IMG/VR virus record: IMGVR_UViG_3300045988_120991
Span: 101,979 to 165,978 of that record
Reading direction: 5' to 3' (one strand)
DNA length: 64,000 bases
DNA from: a virus
Within the stretch, counting starts at the first letter, position 1. Every line of letters starts with the position of its first letter. This document shows, one piece after another, positions 22,274 through 32,065 of this stretch. The translations under genes were made by a program, and so were the position numbers. The notes under the pieces were generated by a model. The model made no database searches, was not told the DNA's origin, and saw only the letters and a program-made list of their open reading frames with translations.

Positions 22274-22849
22274 TTACTCAGCCTCACTTTCATCATCAAT
22301 ATCAAAATCAAACATGCCACTAAACATGTCGGATACATTGTTACCGTTCATAAGCATCATCATAGGAAGCATAGAACCCATACCATTGCTGGAAGTATTG
22401 CTACCCTTCATCATCTCGGACATTACCATATAAGACATCATCTTATCCATACCCTTCTTGCCCTTCATAAAGTTGTTGCCGAACATGGAAACAATCTTGC
22501 CGTAGAAATAGGTATTGCCCATAAAGACATGACGCTCAGGAAGAATGGTTTCTACAGTAGAATCCTCGTAGTTAATTACCGTGATGGTATCCTTGTCAGA
22601 CTTAACAACACACTTGGGCTTACCAGATACCAGAATGATGTCTCCAACCTCAACCTTGTTTGTAGGAATAACGAAGAAGAACTCCTCACCAATGTCGAAG
22701 ACGAAGCTATCACAGTTCGTTAGACGACCATTCTTCACATTGTAGCTCTTATAGCCGGTAGTCGTCTTAACTGCAATGCCACCACTCATAGAAAGTCTGC
22801 ACATACCAGGGGCAATCTTGCCGAACATACCATTGAATACATTTGTCAT
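22274..22849 (-). CDS. hypothetical protein with Met-rich, acidic C-terminal tail
   Basis: 191 aa. C-terminal MMSYMVMSEMMKG...MLPMMMLMNG...DIDDESEAE. First gene of the 3-gene operon. Confidence 0.6.
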   Translation of the reverse strand: MTNVFNGMFGKIAPGMCRLSMSGGIAVKTTTGYKSYNVKNGRLTNCDSFVFDIGEEFFFVIPTNKVEVGDIILVSGKPKCVVKSDKDTITVINYEDSTVETILPERHVFMGNTYFYGKIVSMFGNNFMKGKKGMDKMMSYMVMSEMMKGSNTSSNGMGSMLPMMMLMNGNNVSDMFSGMFDFDIDDESEAE

Positions 22850-22870
22850 AACACTTCTCCTTTTTGAACT

Positions 22871-22930
22871 TTAATTTTGTATTGTGTTTTTTGATAATTG
22901 AATAATACCACGCCATTTTCGTTTTGTCAA
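22871..22930 (-). promoter_or_regulatory. sigma-70-type promoter plus conserved leader
   Basis: Minus strand reads TTGACA-N17-TATTAT ... ACAATACAAAATTAA ... AAGGAG. Confidence 0.55.
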
Positions 22931-22977
22931 GAGGTAATTCGGTGGCAGTATGCGTAAGTTTTTGACTGAATTACCTC
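22931..22977. promoter_or_regulatory. 10-bp perfect inverted repeat between tandem promoters
   Basis: GAGGTAATTC-N27-GAATTACCTC, abutting the -35 of the downstream promoter. Confidence 0.4.
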
Positions 22978-22992
22978 TCAACTGTATTTTGG

Positions 22993-23021
22993 ATTATAGC
23001 ACTATATATTTCATTTGTCAA
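22993..23021 (-). promoter_or_regulatory. sigma-70-type promoter
   Basis: Minus strand reads TTGACA-N17-TATAAT. Confidence 0.55.
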
Positions 23022-23187
23022 GTGCTTTTTCATATTTTTCGCAATCTAATTGTAGTCTTGCCTGAGAGTATATATCTTTGTTGTTGCTTATATGCCTCTG
23101 ACAATTGATGTGAGTGCAGTCTTTGCCATCACATACGGTAAAGCACATAGGATTTGTGTGCTCATCATATTCAATAAAATAATTCAT
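23011..23187 (-). CDS. small Cys/His-rich protein (58 aa)
   Basis: Hand-translated MNYFIEYDEHTNPMCFTVCDGKDCTHINCQRH.... AAGGTGA RBS. Confidence 0.4.
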   Translation of the reverse strand: MNYFIEYDEHTNPMCFTVCDGKDCTHINCQRHISNNKDIYSQARLQLDCEKYEKALDK

Positions 23188-23196
23188 AATATCACC

Positions 23197-26100
23197 TTAT
23201 ATAATTATATTTACAAGATAATTCGTCAACCAAGGTTCTTGCTCTGGGAGTTTAACCCATTGACCATTCTCGTCCTTACGGCTCTTATTTCTCATTTCAG
23301 AATGGAACTGTAATATACAATCTTTATTAAAAGGATTCTTCTCATAAGCCTTTTTCTGTACCTTATAGACTACAGTTTGCCCATCCCAAAGTTGATAAAC
23401 CGTAATACGAGGACTCCAATTTGTATTCAAATCCATAACATAACCAATATTCTTTTTATCTGGAATTACCAATGAACAGAATCCAAAAAGGTCACATTGC
23501 CATTTTATTTTAGACTGAATAGGAACTTCTACTTGTGGAATCATAGAACATAATTCTTTAAGTAGTCCATCTGGATCGGTAATTCTATATTGTTTCTCTG
23601 TAGCCGTTGTGTATTTGTCAAGAAGTTCTTGTGGAAGTCTACATTTGTCCTTCTTCAAAATTTTCTTTCCAGCAAACTGGTCATATACTTCTACAAGGTG
23701 CAAAAGAGTTCCCGAAGGTCCAAAGTCAGAAAAATAGTCAATCTTAATCAATGTATCAATCTTTGCAGAGTTTAAACTAGGAATCTTTTTCATAGCAGTA
23801 AGTAACTCAATGAAACTATCAAACTTCTGTTTCTGTGAAAGTTCATACAAATCATCCGCACAAGCTTGGCTTAGTCCTTTAATTGACAATAGAGACGGGT
23901 TAATTACATGCTTCTCCTTGTCTGCAACAAACTTTCTGTTATCAACACCAAATTTATACTCACCCTCTTTAATGCCAAAAGCTACTTGCATCTCCTGTTT
24001 AAGAGCTTGAACTTTATCCTTCTTGCCCTTATCAGAAAACACTTGTAGAAGGACTTCATAAAATTCATATTGATAATGAGCCTTTAACCATGCACAATAC
24101 AGACTATCAAGAGCCATACAATAAGCATGAGCACTATTGAAGCCATATCCGCAGGAATCATCAATAATCTGCCATACCTTTGCACTCATTTCTTCCGCTT
24201 CTGCATCTGGAATATGGTCATCCTCCATAATACGCTTCTTGAATCCTTCAATGAATCTAGATTTCAAAGGACGAACCTTTTCTGGATGCTTCTTTGCAAT
24301 AGCTTTAATAATTCCATAGCATTCATCAAGGGGGAATCCAGCATAGTTTAATGTATTCATACTCTGCTCTTGATAAAGAATATAAGAATATGGGAATTGT
24401 GGTGTTTGAAGAATCTTATCAAAAGCCTTAATTCCATACTCAAAATGCTCACGTGATTCAAACTTAGAATACATAGACTTAAAAGCAGGACGAATTGCAG
24501 CAATCCAAGCGGCTAACTCTGAAATATTCTGAGGCTTATACTTTTTGAGCTTTCTCATTGCAGATTCTTTCTCACACTGATTAACTCCAATAGTATATCC
24601 ATTGGCATAAATATCCCATACTTTCTTGTCACCATCAACAAGGTCACTAATCTCGCTAGCCGTATGTACTGGAATACCAATACGCTTATAAATCATATCA
24701 ATGAGCAAAACAACATCTACTTTAAGCAAGTCATTTTTAAGGAACTTGTACTTTTCTGCAATTGCTCCATCAATAACTGTAGTAATATATTCACGCTTTG
24801 TGCTTTCACTCTTGCACTTGATAAGACCAATTTCTTCTCTGATGCTACCCTGGTACAATAAGTAGGCACAAGGGGCCTTGTTTTTGTGGTCAATTACTCC
24901 CCAATATTTCTTGCTCTTATCAATATATGGTTTATACTGCTCATCAATAAAGTCATAAATATTAATATCATCCTTGTCGTCATCGTCGGCATATTTTACT
25001 GCTTCTTCATACTTATCAATCTGCTTAGAAATTTCATTTGCAATATCATAATCTAAGTTAGCTGCTCTTGCGTACAACTTGAATGCTGACTTCTTCTTTA
25101 GTGTACCAAAAGCAACCATAGGATATGCATGATCTTCTCCAAGAATTTCTTTCTGAGCTTCTGCAAAAGGTTCTACCGTGCCAAGGTTCATATCCAAATC
25201 TGGTAATGACTTGGTTTCCAAAATTCTCGTCTTACTAATAAAACGCTCTGGATACAGTTTAATTGGAGATGTAAATCTATCAACCTTAGAAAATCCACAT
25301 AGGGTATTGGTAAAATAACCAACGGCACTACCTCTGCCAGTAGTTGTGATAAGCCCACCCTTTTCAATGCCACGCTTAATAATAGCATAATCCATCAAAG
25401 GATAGTCCACCATACCAGTTTCTTTATATACTGATACTTCTTGTTTAACTCCATCAAAGTATTCTTTATATTTATCCTTTGGAACATGTTTCACATAGTC
25501 TTTAAAAAGCCTAGAAATAAGCTTACTATATATTTTATTTCGTTCCTCCTGTGTTTTATCTGGATACAATGTAGGTAACTTAATGTCTGTAGTAAATACT
25601 GGCACATTGTCATAATCATCAAAAGTTAGCAGAATATCAGTATTGTCCATAGCTTTTTGCACAGTTTCTGCATCAAACACACCTTGCTCTACAAATCTTT
25701 GACGAACAGTATCATCGTCTGGATAATCCATATACCAACCAACTTCATTGTCATCAAACTGAATATTTCGCCCAGCTAGGATATCATCTCTTTCTACCGA
25801 TTGCTCTGGATAAATATAATGGCTATCAAGTCCAACTATCATTGGAATGTTATACTTCTCAGACAATTCTTTAATATGCTTGTTTAGAATAATTTGTCTT
25901 GAAGTATTGTGATTTTGAATTTCTAACATGAAGTTGTCTTTAAAATAATCATGTAGATGTTTTACAATTTCGTCACTGTCTTCATATTTCCAAAAGGCAA
26001 TACATGCAGTTGTGATAAAAACATCATCAGCAGGAAGTGAAAAAATTAAATCAAGGTCAATTCTTGGTTTATAATAATATCCTGTTTCGTTAGCATCAGA

Positions 26101-26463
26101 TAGAATACGATTTATGGCACGTCTTCCGTTTTCGTTCTTAGCAAGAATAATTATATGATTGTTGGATTTATCTTTATTGGTACGAATTATTCCATCTTTA
26201 TTCTTTTTAACTTCACCAGTTTCTTTATCGTATTCTTCATATTCTTTCTGGCGATCTTTAACCCAATATGCTTCCGTACCAAAAATGAACTTTAAATTAT
26301 ATTCTTTTGCCAACTCAAATGCTTTATGATAATAGCCTTGCCATCCATGTTCAACAGAGCTAATAACCTTATGCCCAAGTTCTACTGCTCTTTTTGCATA
26401 TTCCTCTGGCATTGCTGCACTATCACCTTCGCTATAGCTTGTATGACGATGGTAATTTTGCAT
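23197..26463 (-). CDS. dnaE: DNA polymerase III alpha subunit (DnaE-type, N-terminal PHP domain)
   Basis: 1088 aa. N-terminal HRHTSYSEGDS...SVEHG PHP motifs. Size and overall layout are typical of C-family replicases. Confidence 0.85.
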   Translation of the reverse strand: MQNYHRHTSYSEGDSAAMPEEYAKRAVELGHKVISSVEHGWQGYYHKAFELAKEYNLKFIFGTEAYWVKDRQKEYEEYDKETGEVKKNKDGIIRTNKDKSNNHIIILAKNENGRRAINRILSDANETGYYYKPRIDLDLIFSLPADDVFITTACIAFWKYEDSDEIVKHLHDYFKDNFMLEIQNHNTSRQIILNKHIKELSEKYNIPMIVGLDSHYIYPEQSVERDDILAGRNIQFDDNEVGWYMDYPDDDTVRQRFVEQGVFDAETVQKAMDNTDILLTFDDYDNVPVFTTDIKLPTLYPDKTQEERNKIYSKLISRLFKDYVKHVPKDKYKEYFDGVKQEVSVYKETGMVDYPLMDYAIIKRGIEKGGLITTTGRGSAVGYFTNTLCGFSKVDRFTSPIKLYPERFISKTRILETKSLPDLDMNLGTVEPFAEAQKEILGEDHAYPMVAFGTLKKKSAFKLYARAANLDYDIANEISKQIDKYEEAVKYADDDDKDDINIYDFIDEQYKPYIDKSKKYWGVIDHKNKAPCAYLLYQGSIREEIGLIKCKSESTKREYITTVIDGAIAEKYKFLKNDLLKVDVVLLIDMIYKRIGIPVHTASEISDLVDGDKKVWDIYANGYTIGVNQCEKESAMRKLKKYKPQNISELAAWIAAIRPAFKSMYSKFESREHFEYGIKAFDKILQTPQFPYSYILYQEQSMNTLNYAGFPLDECYGIIKAIAKKHPEKVRPLKSRFIEGFKKRIMEDDHIPDAEAEEMSAKVWQIIDDSCGYGFNSAHAYCMALDSLYCAWLKAHYQYEFYEVLLQVFSDKGKKDKVQALKQEMQVAFGIKEGEYKFGVDNRKFVADKEKHVINPSLLSIKGLSQACADDLYELSQKQKFDSFIELLTAMKKIPSLNSAKIDTLIKIDYFSDFGPSGTLLHLVEVYDQFAGKKILKKDKCRLPQELLDKYTTATEKQYRITDPDGLLKELCSMIPQVEVPIQSKIKWQCDLFGFCSLVIPDKKNIGYVMDLNTNWSPRITVYQLWDGQTVVYKVQKKAYEKNPFNKDCILQFHSEMRNKSRKDENGQWVKLPEQEPWLTNYLVNIII

Positions 26464-26479
26464 TATGTCACCTCCTACT

Positions 26480-26521
26480 TTAATTTTGTACTGTTATATC
26501 ATAATTCTTCTTCTTTGTCAA
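26480..26521 (-). promoter_or_regulatory. sigma-70-type promoter plus conserved leader inside the 3' end of the RecJ-like gene
   Basis: Minus strand reads TTGACA-N17-TATAAC-AGTACAAAATTAA-AGTAGGAGG. Confidence 0.6.
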
Positions 26522-28235
26522 CCACTTCATAATCATTAATAATCATTTGGGCAATTCTTTTTCCCCCATAATCATTAATGCTACATTCTCCAACAACATT
26601 AAGTTTAATATTTTCTCCTATTGCCTCATTTGCCAACTGTAGCAACTCATCATCTTGTGGAAGCTTGAACTTGCAATATTTTACACCATCGGCAAAAAAC
26701 GATATGGAATTCTTGTCTTTGCCCATAATTGCAATTTCATCTGTAGAAACCTCAACCCCTTCTACTGCAACCAAAGGCTCAGAAACTCCATGTCCCCAAA
26801 CCCATTGATTTTTATCAAGCGTCTGAAAGAAATCTGCGTCTAAATCATACGGGCTAAAAATAAAATCTACATATATAGTATCATCATATTCAATATGATT
26901 CAAAGCTTCATTAAGTGCTTTTTTTGCATCTTCAAGTTTATCCTTATCAATATCACAGCCAAATGCACCTGAATGACCTTGTGCGAAATTAAATAAACCA
27001 ACAGAATTTACTAATTCCTTAAAATCTTTCACTGGGGAACCATCGTAATTTCTTGCAGAACCACCTAATGCACCGTCTTTATATTCTTGAAGAACAATAG
27101 TAGGTTTGCTTGCAAAGTCGCATAGTTTCATACATGATAGACCTACAATGCCACTATCGGCACCATTCACTACAAGCACAACGACCTTATCGTCTGGATT
27201 AATTTCATCTTTAAGCTCATTATATAAAGCATCTCTCATTTTGTCTTGCTTGGCTTTAATATTTTTACAGAGTCTTGCTGCTCTTGTATAAATATCTTCA
27301 TCAACCTCGATATCACTTCCACGTTTCTTATATGGAAATCTTTCATCAGTTTCAATAAATGCTCTAAATACAAGATCTCTATCTTCCATACTTCCAATAC
27401 GTATCATACTATTTAAAATTGGGGTCCAATACCATGAAATTGTATGAATGTTTATAATCCCCTTTGTACTAAATTCTTGTGCTTTTGCTAGAGCTAGTAA
27501 GAATTTATTTTTGATGTTCTTAATGCCTTCTTCAATATAATATCTTGTTTGTGAATTGCGTATATCCATAACATCGCTAATGTTTGCAAAGGCACATAGG
27601 TCTAAAAACTTATCAGCATAATCACAAATGTAATAATCATCAAGCGCTCTAAGAAACTCCATTGCAATTCCTGCACCTGAAAAATCTTTATCTGTGTAAT
27701 TTTTGCTCATTTGATTATTGACAATAATAGCTTTATTTGATTTTGCTATATCTTCGGCTTCGTGATGGTCTAAAACAATACAATCAATACCACTATCAAT
27801 AAGCTTATTAAATTGCTCTGCATCATTTGTTCCTGCATCTGGTACTATAAATAATTTTGTACCATCTGGAATACAAAAATCTCCATCTTCCATCTTCACA
27901 AGACCATGTGTTTTGTTATTATTATGTAAAATATATCTAACTGGATAATCCTCTTCTAGCATTTTGATATAACTATATAACATTGCCGCACTTGAAAATC
28001 CGTCAGGATCACTATCGACGAGAATGGAAATACAGTCATTGTTTTCAAAATGCTTCGCGAAGCAGTCAACAGCTTCTTCCATATTGTCAAGGTTATCATA
28101 GTCATTTATGCAACTCGAATCCAGAGAAAGGTATTCCTCTGGATTCTCAATGCCACGATTTAAAAGCACTGTTTCTATTAATTTGTCTTTATCATTTAAA
28201 TTATTTTTAAAAAGTTTATAATTCAAATAAATCAT
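26499..28235 (-). CDS. DHH-family ssDNA exonuclease (RecJ-like)
   Basis: ILVDSDPDGFSSA, VPDAGTND and IVLDHHE are DHH motifs I-III. Start chosen at MIYLNYK to avoid a 52-nt overlap, so the start is uncertain (track start is 28292). Confidence 0.75.
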   Translation of the reverse strand: MIYLNYKLFKNNLNDKDKLIETVLLNRGIENPEEYLSLDSSCINDYDNLDNMEEAVDCFAKHFENNDCISILVDSDPDGFSSAAMLYSYIKMLEEDYPVRYILHNNNKTHGLVKMEDGDFCIPDGTKLFIVPDAGTNDAEQFNKLIDSGIDCIVLDHHEAEDIAKSNKAIIVNNQMSKNYTDKDFSGAGIAMEFLRALDDYYICDYADKFLDLCAFANISDVMDIRNSQTRYYIEEGIKNIKNKFLLALAKAQEFSTKGIINIHTISWYWTPILNSMIRIGSMEDRDLVFRAFIETDERFPYKKRGSDIEVDEDIYTRAARLCKNIKAKQDKMRDALYNELKDEINPDDKVVVLVVNGADSGIVGLSCMKLCDFASKPTIVLQEYKDGALGGSARNYDGSPVKDFKELVNSVGLFNFAQGHSGAFGCDIDKDKLEDAKKALNEALNHIEYDDTIYVDFIFSPYDLDADFFQTLDKNQWVWGHGVSEPLVAVEGVEVSTDEIAIMGKDKNSISFFADGVKYCKFKLPQDDELLQLANEAIGENIKLNVVGECSINDYGGKRIAQMIINDYEVVDKEEEL

Positions 28236-28239
28236 TCCT

Positions 28240-29529
28240 TTATTCTGTTTTCCACCTAAATACAAACCCTTTTGTTTTTTCTTGTACACCATGACAGCAT
28301 TCTAAAATTCTTGTTTTACTTGCATTCGTATTTTTTACGGCATCCGCAACATTTTTATATTCTGCTATAAAATTTCCATCTAAATCATACTGTAATACTG
28401 GAAGTCTAACTGGGCTTTTATGATAATTTGTAGATTTAATTTTATCTAAATCATAATCTCCGTCGGCATATTTCCATACAAATCCACCAGCCATAGAGCC
28501 ATCTTTAGCTAAACATCTCGATATGGTAGAATTGTTAATTCCAGTTATCCTTGATGCCTCAACAATACTTTCATAAGTTGCAATAATATTTCCATTTGTG
28601 TCTATTTGCACAACTTCTTTATATACTGGATTTTTATATACATATGTTTTTGACGGGTCATATTCTTCTTTGTATATCCAGATATATTCGCCAGCGTGGT
28701 TATAATTGCCTTTGCAGCACATAGTTATACTTGAATCATAAATATTTGTGTTTATACTTGCGTCTTTTATAGTACTATATTCTGCTATAAAATTACCCAA
28801 TTTATCCAATTGTACAACCGGCCTTAATGTATTATTATCATATGTTATATCATTATGAGGATCATAATCTTTTTTATAAACCCAAAGAAACTTTCCGCCA
28901 GATTTAGAATGTAATTTACCAAGGCAGCACTTGTTAATAGTTGTTTCATCAACACCAGTTATTTCACTGGCTTCTCTACCACTTTTAAATTCTGCTATAT
29001 ATTTTCCATCTAAGCCTAATTGAATAACTGGTACACTTTGTATTTTGCTTATAACATTTTTTGTTTCATCCGAATGATGTTTACCATAAAATGGGTTACA
29101 TTCTCCAGAAAATTTCTTGCTCCACTTTTCTTTTAACTCGTCTGTCCATCTATTTCTTTGAGCTTCACTCATTTTGTTTTTAGTATCATCAGATACTATT
29201 AATCCACTTACTCCGCCTCCACCATAACAAAGATTGTACCAATTTTTATCTTCTACAACATTAAGAAAAACACTTAAATCATATTCAGATTTATTTAATT
29301 CTTCTAATGAATCACAAAAACATATAATATTTCTAGAAAAATTTTCTTTGCCATATTTTCTTACTGCACTTTTAAATGCACTACCGCTTCCTAAATAATT
29401 CTTCCATTTATAATTATCATCAAAAGATTTTTGTCCAAGGTATCTTTTGCCGTTAACCATATTTGTAGTAATATATATAAATCCATATGGTTCTTTAATT
29501 ATTTTTTTTACTTCTTCCACAACTCTCAA
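28240..29529 (-). CDS. GIY-YIG homing endonuclease with four tandem NUMOD/IENR-like DNA-binding repeats
   Basis: N-terminal GFIYITTNMVNGKRYLGQ (GIY...YxG). Repeated units of the form xVxQxDxxGNxIAxYxSxxEAxxxTG....I..C......GGFxWxY. Non-ATG (TTG/GTG) start. Confidence 0.8.
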   Translation of the reverse strand: MRVVEEVKKIIKEPYGFIYITTNMVNGKRYLGQKSFDDNYKWKNYLGSGSAFKSAVRKYGKENFSRNIICFCDSLEELNKSEYDLSVFLNVVEDKNWYNLCYGGGGVSGLIVSDDTKNKMSEAQRNRWTDELKEKWSKKFSGECNPFYGKHHSDETKNVISKIQSVPVIQLGLDGKYIAEFKSGREASEITGVDETTINKCCLGKLHSKSGGKFLWVYKKDYDPHNDITYDNNTLRPVVQLDKLGNFIAEYSTIKDASINTNIYDSSITMCCKGNYNHAGEYIWIYKEEYDPSKTYVYKNPVYKEVVQIDTNGNIIATYESIVEASRITGINNSTISRCLAKDGSMAGGFVWKYADGDYDLDKIKSTNYHKSPVRLPVLQYDLDGNFIAEYKNVADAVKNTNASKTRILECCHGVQEKTKGFVFRWKTE

Positions 29530-29561
29530 TCATAAGAGTTTTTATCGCATCTTTTGTTCTC

Positions 29562-29735
29562 TTAATTACTCCTTTCTTGATTAATTTGCAATGCATCTAC
29601 AATATCTAAATAATCATCAATAATATCCAAAATCATTTCTCTGTCGTTATCATCCCTAAAAACGCACTCTCCACGACTTCTTGCTTCTTTTTGTCTCGCG
29701 ATAAATTCTTCTTCTGTTTCGTAAGAATACTTCAT
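29562..29735 (-). CDS. small acidic protein (57 aa)
   Basis: Hand-translated MKYSYETEEEFIARQKEARSRGEC.... Fills the gap between neighbours. Confidence 0.35.
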   Translation of the reverse strand: MKYSYETEEEFIARQKEARSRGECVFRDDNDREMILDIIDDYLDIVDALQINQERSN

Positions 29736-29749
29736 TTACATCACCAACA

Positions 29750-30031
29750 TTAATTTTTCGCAGTTATTGTAATACATTTTGTGCCAACATAAGGAACAGT
29801 TTTTCGAGCATAGCATTTTCTACACATATAATCCGTTCCTCCTGTGGACATTCCAATACATTCCCACTCATGGTCGGATTCTGATTGGCACGTTTTATTA
29901 GCGGCAGCATCATCAATAGGATTACACTTTGCTCTTTGTCCACGCTCTGGTGTCTTTTTATCACACTTCTTATCCCACTTTGAGCACCATCCACAAGGGG
30001 TTTCATACACACAATTTATTGTTCCCATCAT
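29750..30031 (-). CDS. Cys-rich small protein
   Basis: Start moved to MMGTINCVYETPCGWC, with GAGGTG upstream. More than 10 Cys residues. Confidence 0.5.
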   Translation of the reverse strand: MMGTINCVYETPCGWCSKWDKKCDKKTPERGQRAKCNPIDDAAANKTCQSESDHEWECIGMSTGGTDYMCRKCYARKTVPYVGTKCITITAKN

Positions 30032-30036
30032 AATTT

Positions 30037-30204
30037 TCACCTCATATTCACCGTAGCATAAATTTCATAATCCTTATGCTCTCCAATTCCGTACCCACTA
30101 TATACTTTGCTAATTGAAACAATCACCTGTTCTTCTTTAACATCAAACTCTTTTGCAATTAGCCGCTTAATATCTTTTGCATCTAATTCAATTGTTTGTT
30201 TCAT
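30037..30204 (-). CDS. small protein (55 aa)
   Basis: Hand-translated MKQTIELDAKDIKRLIAKEFDV.... GAGGTG RBS. Confidence 0.4.
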   Translation of the reverse strand: MKQTIELDAKDIKRLIAKEFDVKEEQVIVSISKVYSGYGIGEHKDYEIYATVNMR

Positions 30205-30212
30205 GCTTCACC

Positions 30213-30566
30213 TCAATAAACAATATTCTGTCCCAAGGTGCAGAAACAAATGCCATCTCCACCATTCTTCGGGTTGCTAGGACAATTTTCACAGGCCTTC
30301 GCACCAAATGCAGTAATAGCACTTGAAGTTGCTAGATTTGTACTATCCCAACCTGTTGATGTTCCATTCCAACTTAGTGGAATACTATCCTTATTAATAA
30401 GAGTATCTTTATTACCACCGAACGGTACTCTGGTAATCTTCTCTGGCTTCCCTGTCCAGCTCCATCCGCAATTCCAACACACCTTACGAGGAATAGGTGG
30501 ATATGTGCAAATCACTGTATTCTGTAAATCGTGCCCACACTTTGGGCAAGTTTCAATAACAATCAT
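30213..30566 (-). CDS. zinc-ribbon protein, hypothetical
   Basis: 117 aa. CPKCGH...CWNCGW at the N-terminus. Confidence 0.55.
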   Translation of the reverse strand: MIVIETCPKCGHDLQNTVICTYPPIPRKVCWNCGWSWTGKPEKITRVPFGGNKDTLINKDSIPLSWNGTSTGWDSTNLATSSAITAFGAKACENCPSNPKNGGDGICFCTLGQNIVY

Positions 30567-30760
30567 CTCTTATCCTCCTTAAACTTAACCTCATATTTCA
30601 TACCATCATCAAAGTTAACAAATAGCCGTCTATATTCTTCAGGACAATCATTATCGAATATATAATCAAAGCAGCTTGTGTCCCACCACTCATAAAAGTC
30701 TTCGTCATAACATCCATCTTTGTCATAAAAGGCAACTTGAAAATTTTCAATCTTCTTCAT
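30563..30760 (-). CDS. hypothetical protein
   Basis: ORF track, 65 aa. 4-nt overlap coupling. Confidence 0.5.
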   Translation of the reverse strand: MKKIENFQVAFYDKDGCYDEDFYEWWDTSCFDYIFDNDCPEEYRRLFVNFDDGMKYEVKFKEDKR

Positions 30761-30995
30761 TATTCATTCTCCACCAATCTTTCATATCCCACCGATAACT
30801 TTCTTGAGCTTCCTTATGCATTCTCCTCAGCGAGTCCTTCAAGAATGCTTTAGTTTGTTCGTCCCAACCAATGCACTCTAACTGCATACGAGCATTATCA
30901 TCACATTTACTTAGAGCATGGTCTAAATTCCCAAGAAAAGAGATTGCCTTATTATATGCTGGATAAAAATGTTTATTATAATCAGATGTAGTCAT
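30747..30995 (-). CDS. hypothetical protein
   Basis: ORF track, 82 aa. Confidence 0.5.
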   Translation of the reverse strand: MTTSDYNKHFYPAYNKAISFLGNLDHALSKCDDNARMQLECIGWDEQTKAFLKDSLRRMHKEAQESYRWDMKDWWRMNNEED

Positions 30996-31004
30996 TCTAC
31001 TACC

Positions 31005-31223
31005 TCACAATCCAAGATAATATTCTGGCTCGTTACTGCCGCCATTATAAGCCTGAACTTCATATCCAAAGAGAATGTGAGTCATGTCATTATAAACAAG
31101 AATTTCCGATTGACAAAGCCTAAAGGCAGGATAATTCAAGAAAATCTTTTTAGGCTCTAAATTATCAAATTTAAGCATCATAATGGAACAATAAATACTA
31201 TTCAAAAAATCTTCTTTATTCAT
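31005..31223 (-). CDS. hypothetical protein
   Basis: ORF track, 72 aa. GAGGAGG upstream. Confidence 0.5.
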   Translation of the reverse strand: MNKEDFLNSIYCSIMMLKFDNLEPKKIFLNYPAFRLCQSEILVYNDMTHILFGYEVQAYNGGSNEPEYYLGL

Positions 31224-31226
31224 AAT

Positions 31227-31385
31227 TCAATCCTCCTCTGAAATAGCTTCAATGGCATCAATAAGCTCCTGCCAAAAATCAAAAGCCTCTATATCGTCGG
31301 CTTTGTTCCTACTATACAGACCTATTGGGTAAGTTTCCTTCTGTCTATTTTCTAAAATTGAAATGACTGATTCCTTATAAATCAT
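31227..31385 (-). CDS. small acidic protein (52 aa)
   Basis: Hand-translated MIYKESVISILENRQKETYPIG.... First ORF behind the promoter at 31400-31443. Confidence 0.4.
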   Translation of the reverse strand: MIYKESVISILENRQKETYPIGLYSRNKADDIEAFDFWQELIDAIEAISEED

Positions 31386-31399
31386 TGTAATTTACTCCA

Positions 31400-31443
31400 T
31401 TAATTTTGTACTGTCATTATATCACATGATTTCTATTTGTTAA
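31400..31443 (-). promoter_or_regulatory. sigma-70-type promoter plus conserved leader
   Basis: Minus strand reads TTAACA-N16-TATAAT-g-ACAGTACAAAATTAA-TGGAG. Confidence 0.55.
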
Positions 31444-31625
31444 ATAGAACTTCTTGGGTATTTAGTAGTATTAGAGATTATAATCAACGCTCTTACTGCC
31501 GTATTACAAATACAATCTCCATCTTGCCACCACATACATTTCTCCTTTTCACACATCAATGTCCCTGGAGACAGTGCAGTATCAGCAAGGCAATAACACA
31601 GTGGACAAAATTTTCTATCTTCCAT
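31440..31625 (-). CDS. Cys-rich small protein
   Basis: ORF track, 61 aa. CPLCYC...CEKEKC...CIC. Confidence 0.45.
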   Translation of the reverse strand: MEDRKFCPLCYCLADTALSPGTLMCEKEKCMWWQDGDCICNTAVRALIIISNTTKYPRSSI

Positions 31626-31636
31626 AATAATCCTCC

Positions 31637-32065
31637 TTAATAGCTATCATAAAAATACGCCGTGTCTTCTGGGTGTTTCTTCAACCAACACTTTAGCCTA
31701 TATAGCCCAACAAGATTTCTTGCCTGATTGTGTCGAGTATATTTGTCCCAATCCCAGATGGTGTTTCCTTCATATACCCAAGTATCCTTGTGGAGAAAAT
31801 GCTTGAATGCTTTAATGACATCATCAATATTATCAAGCGTCACAGGATACTCATACTCATTTGTTACTGTCGGGTCTACCGCTCGTAAGATAGCATTCCT
31901 AATTCCCCAGCACTTCCTCCAGTAGCAAACGGAACATTCACCTGGTTCATACCACTCTTCGTGACTAAATAGTTTATATGCCTTTTTATAATTCTCTATA
32001 TTCTTTACATGTAGGTCAATACCATTATCAAGTCCCAAATCAATTACCTCCCAAAATACAGCCAA
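31637..32065 (-). CDS. hypothetical protein
   Basis: ORF track, 142 aa. Confidence 0.6.
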   Translation of the reverse strand: MAVFWEVIDLGLDNGIDLHVKNIENYKKAYKLFSHEEWYEPGECSVCYWRKCWGIRNAILRAVDPTVTNEYEYPVTLDNIDDVIKAFKHFLHKDTWVYEGNTIWDWDKYTRHNQARNLVGLYRLKCWLKKHPEDTAYFYDSY

